Assembly (NCBI GenBank): GCA_977020255.1
Contig: CDROCS010006304.1
Span: forward strand, 1 to 64,000
Source of the DNA: Obrimoposthia wandeli
Taxonomy: Eukaryota
Length of the DNA stretch: 64,000 nucleotides
Reading direction: 5' to 3'
Shown one piece after another: positions 35,125-44,431 of the stretch. Each line of letters starts with the position of its first letter. Within the stretch, counting starts at the first letter, position 1. A program made the translations under genes and the position numbers. The notes under the pieces were generated by a model. It was not told the DNA's origin, did no database searches, and worked only from the letters and a program-made list of their open reading frames with translations.

Positions 35125-35206
35125 CGATAGTACGAGCTACACTTACTGAAAGTTGAGAAAATCAAGTGACAACAACATCAAACGCTGCGATAGGTATTAA
35201 CTAGTT

Positions 35207-35977
35207 ATGGATTTTGCATCACTCATCGGGATTGTATCCGGTATTGCACTGATTGTATCCGCTATTTTCCTCGGTGGCTCGGCAGATGTTTTTGTCAATA
35301 TCCCAGGAATTATGATCGTAGGTGGTGGCACCCTCGCCGCAACACTACTCACAGTACAAGTCAAAGATATGCTCAACGCGTTCAAAGCCGCATATTTTGT
35401 ATTCACCCGTGACAAAACTAATGCATCAGATATGATCGACACCATGATTGAGCTGAGTAAAATTAGCCACCGTCACGGCTTGTTAAAAATGACACATATC
35501 AAAACCGATTCAAGAGTACTTAAAAGGGCCTGCAACCTATTAGCCGAAGCCGCTTCTGAACAGGTCATACGTAATACATTACAAAACGAAATAGACTCTC
35601 TTATCGCCCGTCATTTTGCGATCCAAGACGTTTTCAAACGCATGGCCAATTATGCCCCCGCATTTGGCATGCTAGGCACCCTCATCGGTCTTATTCAGAT
35701 GCTAAGTAAGGTGGATAACCCAGAATCCATTGGCCCCTCTATGGCTGTTGCATTACTGACAACGTTTTATGGCTCACTATTAGCTACCATGGTATTTTTA
35801 CCGATAGCTGGCAAGCTTCGCGCGCGCACATTAACCGAGGTTACTAATTTAGAAATTATCCGCGAGGGCAGCATCAGCATTCTCACTAACGATCAATGGG
35901 CTCATGTGTATGAGCAGCTGACCGCTTACCTGCCCGAAAACCAGCGCAAAGCTATTTTTCCTAGCACCACGGAGTAG
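35207..35977 (+). CDS. MotA/PomA-family stator A subunit (Na+-type signature)
   Basis: IMIVGGGT, APAFGMLGTLIGLIQML, IGPSMAVALLTTFYG, LPIAGKL. Confidence 0.9.
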   Translation: MDFASLIGIVSGIALIVSAIFLGGSADVFVNIPGIMIVGGGTLAATLLTVQVKDMLNAFKAAYFVFTRDKTNASDMIDTMIELSKISHRHGLLKMTHIKTDSRVLKRACNLLAEAASEQVIRNTLQNEIDSLIARHFAIQDVFKRMANYAPAFGMLGTLIGLIQMLSKVDNPESIGPSMAVALLTTFYGSLLATMVFLPIAGKLRARTLTEVTNLEIIREGSISILTNDQWAHVYEQLTAYLPENQRKAIFPSTTE

Positions 35978-35979
35978 CG

Positions 35980-36807
35980 ATGAGTAAAGCCATAAAGCTA
36001 CATGAAGACGAAAACGAAAATGGCTGGATAGTTACCTACGCCGATTTAGTGACTCTGTTGTTAGTATTTTTCATTTTACTTTTTTCTATTTCAACGCTGA
36101 AAAAAGAGACATTCGTTAAAACTATTGACGCAGTCAAATCAGCGCTACAAGGTACAGGCGCCGGAACTAAAGTTAAAATAAATGTGGAAAAGGTTGAAAC
36201 GGGAAGCGTACCGACGGATTCCACAGACCCATCCGTTGAAACTGGCGAGAAGGAACAGGCACCCACCGATATTGTCGAACCTATTATTACAACGCCTTTT
36301 GCTATTATCCCTCCAGAACCGAGTAAAGATAAGGAAAAAGAGGCAAATAAAGCCTTAGCTAAGCTTTCTAAATCACTGCGTCAGCTGGTAAAAACGACAG
36401 GTAATCAAGACGACGCTAAAATATCGCCACCCAAAGATGGTAAGATTGTGATTAATTTACGAGGGTCACTCTTCTTTGATGCCGGATCTGCTCAGTTTAA
36501 ACGCCAGGCAATGCCGATTATGGATGGGATAGGAAATATTCTAAGAAAAAATAATACTTTTAATTTGGCGATTGGCGGGCACACTGACAACATACCGATC
36601 AGTACGACCCGCTATCCATCAAATTGGGAGCTCTCGGCTATTAGAGCAACCTCTGTTTTGAGGTACTTTATACGCGGTGGCATGAATCCAGATCGTCTAA
36701 CAGCGACTGGCTATGGGGAATCAGCGCCACTGGGAGCAAACGACACGGATGATCAAAGAGATATTAACCGACGAATAGAATTTGTACTTGAGCGTAGACA
36801 GATATGA
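35980..36807 (+). CDS. MotB/PomB-family stator B subunit with OmpA-like peptidoglycan-binding domain
   Basis: WIVTYADLVTLLLVFFILLFSIS with the conserved Asp; GHTDNIPI, SNWELSAIRA, ATGYGE, NRRIEFV. Confidence 0.9.
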   Translation: MSKAIKLHEDENENGWIVTYADLVTLLLVFFILLFSISTLKKETFVKTIDAVKSALQGTGAGTKVKINVEKVETGSVPTDSTDPSVETGEKEQAPTDIVEPIITTPFAIIPPEPSKDKEKEANKALAKLSKSLRQLVKTTGNQDDAKISPPKDGKIVINLRGSLFFDAGSAQFKRQAMPIMDGIGNILRKNNTFNLAIGGHTDNIPISTTRYPSNWELSAIRATSVLRYFIRGGMNPDRLTATGYGESAPLGANDTDDQRDINRRIEFVLERRQI

Positions 36808-37169
36808 AAAAACCATTATTTGAGTTAGATGGACTAGATGATACTAACCGTGGCGAGTATCGCCTTTACCCTAATGACGAAGACAACATTAAATTAATTA
36901 TCGCGGGTAAGGCCGTTGAGGTGGATAACATCTCCGCTAACGGTATTGCGTTTAAGTTTATTGGCAATGTAAAGAAGGCCACCTACAAAGTGGTACTTGA
37001 ATTTACTTTAGAAGAGCAGCACTCTATTGAATGTGCGGTCAAAGTATTACGACAAGCTCCTCCTATTTACAGTGGCACCCTTGTAGATCTCACTCCAAGC
37101 GACTCTAAACTGATAGCCCACTTGATTATTAATAGCCAAAAGCGTGCAATCCGTCGCGGCCTGAAATAG
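36804..37169 (+). CDS. Single-domain PilZ protein (putative c-di-GMP receptor)
   Basis: RxxxR (RGEYR) followed by (D/N)xSxxG (NISANG); ATGA overlap with motB. Confidence 0.75.
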   Translation: MKKPLFELDGLDDTNRGEYRLYPNDEDNIKLIIAGKAVEVDNISANGIAFKFIGNVKKATYKVVLEFTLEEQHSIECAVKVLRQAPPIYSGTLVDLTPSDSKLIAHLIINSQKRAIRRGLK

Positions 37170-37236
37170 AGAAGAGTCACTGTAGCTCTTGAAAACACCT
37201 TACTGCCTCTTTTCAGGGGCATTAAACAATTAACAC

Positions 37237-37264
37237 TTGCGGTATCTCTTTTAGCCTGTATACT
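37237..37264 (+). promoter_or_regulatory. Stable-RNA-type sigma70 promoter, tRNA unit 1
   Basis: TTGCGG-16 bp-TATACT followed by the GC-rich discriminator tcgcccca. Confidence 0.65.
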
Positions 37265-37341
37265 TCGCCCCACAGTTTGAGGCGAAGCGCTGATAGAGAT
37301 TATAAACACTTTAATTTCAATTAGTTCTTTTCTTTATTTGA

Positions 37342-37358
37342 TGCGGGGTGGAGCAGCT

Positions 37359-37392
<34 letters not shown>

Positions 37393-37418
37393 TGGTTCAA
37401 ATCCAGCCCCCGCTACCA
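37342..37418 (+). tRNA. Initiator tRNA-fMet (CAT), copy 1
   Basis: 77 nt, anticodon arm TCGGG-CTCATAA-CCCGA with three G-C pairs, unpaired 1:72, encoded CCA. Confidence 0.97.
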
Positions 37419-37444
37419 CAAATTTTGAACTGGTTTTTTATTGG

Positions 37445-37461
37445 TGCGGGGTGGAGCAGCT

Positions 37462-37495
<34 letters not shown>

Positions 37496-37521
37496 TGGTT
37501 CAAATCCAGCCCCCGCTACCA
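37445..37521 (+). tRNA. Initiator tRNA-fMet (CAT), copy 2
   Basis: Identical to copy 1. Confidence 0.97.
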
Positions 37522-38125
37522 AAAACTTATCGTTACTGTTAAACCCATCTAGCTACAAATCTCTATTTTAAATTTTTTCTTTCATCTATTTAACTATTTT
37601 GACCTTTAATTTTTATTAATTAATCGCTAATAGATTATTCCCTCTGCCAACCCTATCAATAAAAAAACGCACTCTATTAAGACTTCTTTTAAAGAAGCGA
37701 CGCAATATCTACGCTGGCATTTGTATATCACTGCTCGAGCTTAAACCCGCCCCTCTAAGTAATAATGTTTTATACTCAGACTTAAAATTTTCAAAAAATA
37801 ATAATTAAATTTTCTACTAAACCCAAACTATGTGCTTAGTCGTTGTGCAATGTTTTACTCAAATCGCACTAATACAGTAGAATAATTCGCGGTGACCAAT
37901 TAACGAAGAGAAAATGTATCCCATCACTCAAAAAGCAGCTGAGCCCTTTACTTTATCTACTTTACTTCGAAAATTGTATTTAGCCTGGAAGACCATACCT
38001 ATAAATCGTTAAGGACATCCCTATCAGCTTAACTCTATCAACCCTGAGATAGCCCTTAACTCTACACTCTACACCTGAAAGCGCATCATATCCGCCCTGA
38101 TAACTAAATTAGACTAAGCTAATGC

Positions 38126-38153
38126 TTGCAGTATCCAGTCTACCCTGTATACT
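38126..38153 (+). promoter_or_regulatory. Stable-RNA-type sigma70 promoter, tRNA unit 2
   Basis: TTGCAG-16 bp-TATACT followed by tcgctcca. Confidence 0.65.
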
Positions 38154-38231
38154 TCGCTCCACAGTTTGAGGCGAAATACTGACAGAAATTATAAACACTT
38201 TAATTTCAACTAGTTATTTTACTTTATTTGA

Positions 38232-38248
38232 TGCGGGGTGGAGCAGCT

Positions 38249-38282
<34 letters not shown>

Positions 38283-38308
38283 TGGTTCAAATCCAGCCCC
38301 CGCTACCA
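38232..38308 (+). tRNA. Initiator tRNA-fMet (CAT), copy 3
   Basis: Identical to copy 1. Confidence 0.97.
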
Positions 38309-38334
38309 CAAATTTTGAACTGGTTTTTTATTGG

Positions 38335-38351
38335 TGCGGGGTGGAGCAGCT

Positions 38352-38385
<34 letters not shown>

Positions 38386-38411
38386 TGGTTCAAATCCAGC
38401 CCCCGCTACCA
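38335..38411 (+). tRNA. Initiator tRNA-fMet (CAT), copy 4
   Basis: Identical to copy 1. Confidence 0.97.
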
Positions 38412-38680
38412 AAAAACAATCTTTCCACTCTCCCCTATTACTATCCTTTCCCAAAAACATTTAATTTCTATAGAAAACATTTCTCTTATTTCATGCCAAT
38501 TTAAATCATTTATTACCATCACGCCTACCTGCTTATCTACAGCCAAATAGCAGTATACGATTCAATTGACGCTATAAATTCGCTATGCACAATGATAGCT
38601 ATAGCCATTCTATTTAACCTCTTACCTTAGCAAACGACTCAGCTTCAAAGACACATGACTAAGTCGCTTTTTTTGTAAGT

Positions 38681-39328
38681 TTAACCGCCGCCACCATTCA
38701 ACCATTCTAATGTAGCTGCTCGACTTTCATCCGTTACAGCCTTAGCAACTGGATTAGCCTGCATTGCGCTACGCCAGGTTGACATGTTCTCACCTAGGAT
38801 AAACTTTCGGCCAAATATAGGTAGTACGATATCAGCCAATTCAATTGTCGCGGCAAAAGCACAGTCTGCATAACCTATCTTAGAGCTCAACATAAACGGC
38901 TGAGCGCTAAACAATTCTTCTAGCTTTAACAAACGCTCTGAAAATTTATCCAAATGCAATGAGAGTTCCTGCTCATCTCTGGTAGCAGGATCCATGTGGT
39001 AAAAAGTACGTCTAATATGCGGCTCTAACCACAGGTCATGATAACGAGCGAGAAAACGATGCTGCGCCCTGAGAACCAAGTCGGTAGGTAGTAATGGCTC
39101 CTCTGGATAAGCTTCCTCTAAATACTCCATAATGACATCGGACTCTGAAAAGTACGTTTCTCCTACCCGCAGCGCTGGGATAGTTCCCAGTGGAACTATC
39201 TGCATGTACTCTTTTGTACTATAACCTCCTGGCGGAGGTGATATTTTACAGGCGATACCTTTTAGCCCCATCGCTATTCGTACTTTGGCGCTGTATGAGC
39301 TTACCGGAAGTGAATACAGTTCTATCAT
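38681..39328 (-). CDS. Glutathione S-transferase family protein
   Basis: LYSLPVSSYSAKVRIAM, PLGTIPAL, FSESDVIMEYLEE, GYADCAF. Confidence 0.88.
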   Translation of the reverse strand: MIELYSLPVSSYSAKVRIAMGLKGIACKISPPPGGYSTKEYMQIVPLGTIPALRVGETYFSESDVIMEYLEEAYPEEPLLPTDLVLRAQHRFLARYHDLWLEPHIRRTFYHMDPATRDEQELSLHLDKFSERLLKLEELFSAQPFMLSSKIGYADCAFAATIELADIVLPIFGRKFILGENMSTWRSAMQANPVAKAVTDESRAATLEWLNGGGG

Positions 39329-39545
39329 AGCTATTTCTCTTTATACGATTACTTTAACTAGCGCTATCACGCTCACGGATAAACAAAGACAGAATTAAAT
39401 ATGGACCATCTTTAACATGAATAAACATCATAAATTATTTATAACCGATCGTTTAGCTTTTTTTACCTTCATTGGTTAATATGGCTACTTTGATGGCTAT
39501 CACCTAGCTTCACAATTCGACATTTGATGACTTGGACAATACAAA

Positions 39546-41033
39546 ATGAAAACGCTGCAGCAGTGGAAAGAATATGCGACACAATTGCGTTTCAATGACT
39601 TAGCTTTTATTGGAGGCCGCTTTAGGCCTGCGCTCTCAGGGCTTACCTTCCCTAGCACCTCACCTGGGGATGGCAGTACACTTTGTCATATTGCTGCCTG
39701 CGATAGTGAAGACGTGGACCTCGCTGTCAGCTTTGCACGCAACAGCTTTAATAGCGGTATATGGTCCGGCTTGGCTCCACGTCAGCGTAAACAGTGTTTA
39801 CTCAGGCTTGCCGAATTGATGCAACAACACTGCGACGAACTGGCATTACTCGATAGCCTCGATATGGGGATGACCATTAGCGACAGTTACAATGGCAATA
39901 TTCCAGGTGCCATTGAATGTATTCAGTGGTATGCCGAGCTTGCGGATAAATTGTACGATGAAGTGGCTCCTACCAATTCAGATTCCATCGCCCGTATTCA
40001 CAGAGTGCCTGTTGGTGTTGTTGCTGCGATCACACCTTGGAACTATCCTCTACTTATCGCCTGTTGGAAAATAGCACCCGCTCTAGCAGTGGGAAATAGT
40101 GTTATTTTAAAACCAGCAGAGCAAGCAAGCTTATCCGCTTTGAAACTGGCAGAGCTTGCGCAACTCGCAGGTATACCTGATGGGGTTTTCAGCGTAATTC
40201 CAGGCCTTGGTGAGACCGCTGGAAAAGCATTGGGATTACACCCTGATGTAGATGCTTTGGCATTCACTGGGTCAACTGCAATAGGCGGGCTGTATATGCA
40301 GTACGCTGGGCAATCTAATCTTAAACGGGTGAGCCTTGAATGCGGAGGTAAAACACCTAATATCGTGCTCGCTGACTGCCAGGACTTAGACAAAGCAGCC
40401 GCGGCTATTGTGCAAGGCGCCTTCGCCAATCAAGGTCAAATCTGCAACGCCGGTTCACGATTGATTGTCGATCACAGCATAAAAACGGAACTGGTAGATA
40501 AAATAATACACCTTAGTAAGGAATATACAGCTTCGCACCCCTTGGATCCAAAAGCCAAAATTGGTTGCTTAGCTAGCTCTCAGCATCGCCTGAAAGTCCA
40601 ACATTACATTGATTTGGGGCTTGAGCAAGGAGCGAAATTACTGACAACTCAATCGAAGAGCATCAAAGAGAGCAACTGCTATATCGCCCCGCAAATATTC
40701 GACAATGTCACTGAAACAATGGCCATCGCCCACGAGGAAATTTTTGGCCCTGTTCTCAGCATCATTAGCGTGCAAAGTACTGATCACGCTATTGCAGTCG
40801 CCAACAGTACGAAATACGCTCTAGGTGCGGCAATATGGACCGCGAGTTACCAAACCTTCGAATACGCAGCAGCGGCTATTCAAGCCGGCGTTATCTGGCA
40901 TAACTGCCATGACCACGGCGATATAAGTTCCCCAGTCGGCGGATTCAAACAATCAGGATTTGGCAGAGATAAATCCATTCACGCATTCGACAAGTATTTA
41001 GAATATAAAACTTATTGGATAAACCTCAAATAA
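39546..41033 (+). CDS. NAD(P)-dependent aldehyde dehydrogenase, PuuC-like
   Basis: ITPWNYP, LKPAEQ, AFTGST, LECGGK, catalytic Cys NQGQICNAG, EEIFGPV, GGFKQSGFGRD. Confidence 0.92.
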   Translation: MKTLQQWKEYATQLRFNDLAFIGGRFRPALSGLTFPSTSPGDGSTLCHIAACDSEDVDLAVSFARNSFNSGIWSGLAPRQRKQCLLRLAELMQQHCDELALLDSLDMGMTISDSYNGNIPGAIECIQWYAELADKLYDEVAPTNSDSIARIHRVPVGVVAAITPWNYPLLIACWKIAPALAVGNSVILKPAEQASLSALKLAELAQLAGIPDGVFSVIPGLGETAGKALGLHPDVDALAFTGSTAIGGLYMQYAGQSNLKRVSLECGGKTPNIVLADCQDLDKAAAAIVQGAFANQGQICNAGSRLIVDHSIKTELVDKIIHLSKEYTASHPLDPKAKIGCLASSQHRLKVQHYIDLGLEQGAKLLTTQSKSIKESNCYIAPQIFDNVTETMAIAHEEIFGPVLSIISVQSTDHAIAVANSTKYALGAAIWTASYQTFEYAAAAIQAGVIWHNCHDHGDISSPVGGFKQSGFGRDKSIHAFDKYLEYKTYWINLK

Positions 41034-41825
41034 TCAGCGGGTTGCCAAGTAGCGAATCAGCTCGCGCTGAACAGGTAGTAGCCAGCGTTTTTGGCCGTAG
41101 CCTACAAAATTTGGCATTTGCAACACCTCGCAACTAATTTCGTTACCCACCGTTACAGGGGGCGTCGGCAGAAACAGAGGGAGGCCCATCTGTGCTAATA
41201 GCGCTGGCGTTAAACAATAGCGGTTGTCGCTATAATACTCTGGCCATGCATCTGTTATGACGACATCGTAATGACGATCAACTTTCTCTATAAAGTTTAC
41301 ATTTGCTCTCTCACCGTGCTCTGATTTGGCACAACAATGGCTCACTTTTAGCTTTAGTACCTCAGCGAGAGCATACCAAGATTTAAAAACGTTGCTGCAG
41401 GGTCCAAAAAGCAAAATACGAGCACATTTGAGTGAGGGGAATAAAGTCGATAAATAGTAACCATCGGCAAGTACTTCACAGGGGTGTGCCTGGGAGGACA
41501 TGGCATTGATTACTGGCTTTTGGCTCGCTGCGCTAAACTCTTTGAGTCGTTGGTGATTTGCTTCTCTGATAATGTAAACATCGTAAAAAGGGTCCAGATA
41601 CCCTGCCAGATCGATAGCACTTTCATCTGTTTTCAGAACATTAGGCAACTCTACATAGTGTGCACCTAATTGTGAGAACGCCTGTAAAAAAGGAGTGCGT
41701 GTGCGTATGCCATTTCCTTCAAAAGACCACGCTATATTTACCGGCAAACAAGCACTGGAGCCTTCAGCGACTGCCATCCATATCTGACTGATATCCTTCG
41801 CAGTTAAATCATTTATATCAATCAA
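41034..41825 (-). CDS. Aspartate/ornithine carbamoyltransferase-fold protein with divergent motifs
   Basis: FEGNGIRTRTPF (cf. FxxxSTRTRxSF), YIIR, PVINAMS..HPCEVLAD, DVVITDAW, FLPTPP..GNEIS. Confidence 0.75.
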   Translation of the reverse strand: MIDINDLTAKDISQIWMAVAEGSSACLPVNIAWSFEGNGIRTRTPFLQAFSQLGAHYVELPNVLKTDESAIDLAGYLDPFYDVYIIREANHQRLKEFSAASQKPVINAMSSQAHPCEVLADGYYLSTLFPSLKCARILLFGPCSNVFKSWYALAEVLKLKVSHCCAKSEHGERANVNFIEKVDRHYDVVITDAWPEYYSDNRYCLTPALLAQMGLPLFLPTPPVTVGNEISCEVLQMPNFVGYGQKRWLLPVQRELIRYLATR

Positions 41826-41904
41826 ACTGTAACCTATCTCCTATCGTATGTAAGAGAGGACTGGTAGCCGCTATAGCTAACGCCTCCTACTACAATGTAC
41901 TAAA

Positions 41905-43590
41905 TTAGCTGACTTTGAATTGAATACTGTTTTGATGAAGCGTCGCCGCTAAGGCAGACAGCTCTTCACTTGCCTGGGTTGTCTGTTTGGTTGTCTCCGA
42001 GTTCTCTTGAGCTATATTACGAATACTGGTCACATTTCTACTAATCTCAAGTGTGACCGCGCTCTGCTGCTCCGCTGCGGACGATATTTGATAATTGTAA
42101 TCCGTAATAGACTTCATTGCGTGCGCTATTTTTTCCAGTGCGCCACCCGTTTTTGTCGCCATGCCTAATACTTCGCCAGCATTTTTCTGACTGCTGTGCA
42201 TCATATTCATCGCCGCTGTCGAGCCGCTTTGCAAACTCATAATCAGTCCACGAATTTGATCAGTTAACCCTTGTGTACGACTGGCAAGATCACGTACTTC
42301 ATCGGCAACCACTGAAAAACCTCTCCCAGCCTCACCTGCGCGCGCCGCTTCTATCGCCGCATTAAGTGCAAGTAGGTTAGTCTGCTCAGCAACCGACTGT
42401 ATGGTATCAAGCGCTTTAGTTATCCCATTTGAATGCGAATGTAACTGCTCAACAACGGTATTGGTCTCATTAACACTGTTTTCTAAACGACGCATTGAAT
42501 CAAGGTTGTCGGCAACTATTTTCGCCCCCTCTCCAACTGCGGTGTCCGCATCGCTGACCATTTGTGATGCGCTGTAAGTCACTTTAGCAACATCAGCGGC
42601 AGTAGATGAGAGTTCATCAATTGCTGTCGCGACTTGATCTGTTTCATTGTACTGTTGCGCAACCGCCACTGTGTTTTGGGTTGATATCACGGAGAGTTCT
42701 TCAGAGGCTGCCGCTAACTGAGTGGAGCTACTTACTACACTACTAATACAATCATTAAGTTTATTAAACAGAACGTTAAGATCGCGCCCTAAAGCGGATA
42801 TTTCACTATTACCACTGTCATCTAAACGTAATGTCAAATCTAAATCTTTGACTATTCGAGAGATAACATGACGCGCAGCACCCACTTTATCCGTAATGTT
42901 ACGTGAGATATAAAAACCGACAAATAAAATTATCAATGTCGCTATACTGCCAATAATCACTACTTGCTCAATCGCCGCTTTTCGCTACCACGCAGCACAA
43001 AGCAGACTTGGGTAAATACTTCTAATTGCCGGTTAATGCTCTAATAGCTGATTAAACTATCTTCCTCCTTAGAAACCTCCTCAGCCAATTCTTCCGCCGT
43101 ATTCACTTTATTATCAGTTAATACGTAGGATTTCGCCGATGCCTCATAGCTACTATGATGCTCATCTAGCTGCTTTAGCTCTACTTCAAATTGATGCAGC
43201 TTAGTACGATCTTCCTCATTCAAAGCATGCTCTTCACTTTTCTCAATAAATGCTTCCGCCGTTTTAAAATTACTATCCACTTCTTGCGATAAACGCTCAA
43301 ACTTTTGCCTCGCGTTATCAAATTTAATCTCTGCATGGCCAGCCTGGGACTTCGATTGTTTTAAAATACTCGCTCAAGGTCTGTCAAATTCGATAGATTG
43401 CTCGACCAGTTTCAACGCAACTTAAAGCACAGATTGTGGTGAGGGGGATATCCTCTTCCGCAATACTGATGAGCTCTTGCTTAATAGAAAGTAACTGCAC
43501 TATTGTGCTTGAGATAACTAACAACAACGCGATCAGCGCCATTGAGCAAAGCGCAAACAGCTGCTGCTTTATATTTAGTTTGTTGAGTAA
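41905..43590 (-). CDS. Methyl-accepting chemotaxis protein; 5' half frameshifted (artefact or pseudogene), start approximate
   Basis: Signalling domain [32 protein letters not shown] and HAMP in 41905..42960; sensor fragment 43041..43280; TM1 [34 protein letters not shown] read manually near 43590-43440. Confidence 0.85.
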
Positions 43591-44431
43591 CTAGTTATTA
43601 ATTTATTGCGGCCTGTATGAATTATATCATCGCCATAGCGACGCTCTATCCCTGATAACTATTCAACATCCATTTATTTAGATGTAACTAAAGTAAGTTC
43701 GTGTAATGTTGTAACTGTAGGATATGAAACATCAAATATCAAACAAATACCGTAAAATCAAAAAAGTATATATATATATTAATAATGCGTTAATTTATTG
43801 ATATTAAAGCAGAAATCAATGCCTGCAATATCAAATTTAGTTATTCTAAACTGACCGAGAGTTAAAATTGGCGATGATATAAATTCACCTTTATAGCGGT
43901 ATGCGAAACACCATCACATCACACTTTTATAGCCAATAACGGCTAAAAACTCATTCAAATTCCTTTTAATAACTGACAAGCACTTCATTAGATGGGTCTA
44001 TCGCTCTATCTGGTATAGCGACGCTTATTATTTCATCCCTGTATTGGTAGCACTTGAGGAGGTGCATATACATCGGCGCCTTAAACTTACTGAATAGTTA
44101 TCATCTTGATTAATTTTTGGGCCAGGCAACCAGCTGTTTATAAGGTAGATATCTACCGCAAAATACCTTACACATCCAAGGCACTTACACTTAAACGCAT
44201 GTCCTCCAACAACTTAGCATTCTCAGGGAAACACTATTTACTCCGGCTATTATTCAACACAAACAAAAGCCTTGCTAACAGCTTGAGCTTTTTCCATTCT
44301 CCACTTATCTACTATACAACGACATCACTCCTCATTTCTGATTGCTCTTAAAATGTGTCTTCTCTGTATTGACTTCGACGTTTTTTAAGCAGTTAATCAG
44401 CACTATTTAACCCGCCTATTTTGAGAACACA

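Larger units (their letters stand above)
37237..38411 (+). repeat. Direct duplication (offset about 890 bp) of promoter + leader + tRNA-fMet pair
   Basis: 37342-37521 equals 38232-38411 including the 26-nt spacer; upstream leaders are clearly homologous but carry several substitutions. Confidence 0.9.

Noticed and set aside
35160-35195. Sigma-28 promoter upstream of the motA-like gene (TCAAG...GCGATA)
   Set aside because: The spacing does not fit TAAA-N15-GCCGATAA and the matches are weak.
35207-36807. MotAB-like pair as a Zorya anti-phage system
   Set aside because: The A subunit is only 256 aa with no long ZorA tail, no zorC/D/E-like genes are adjacent, and the motifs are PomA/PomB-like.
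37237-38411. tRNA duplication as attL/attR of an integrated element
   Set aside because: Whole promoter-plus-gene units are duplicated rather than a 3' tRNA fragment, and there is no integrase or cargo between them.
37342-38411. Four 77-bp repeats as a CRISPR array
   Set aside because: The repeats are tRNA genes, the spacers are identical or irregular, and there are no cas genes.
38282-38464. 60-aa ORF in the track
   Set aside because: It overlaps tRNA copies 3 and 4 and is spurious.
44106-44351. 81-aa ORF in the AT-rich intergenic region
   Set aside because: TTG start, no RBS and no recognisable motif.
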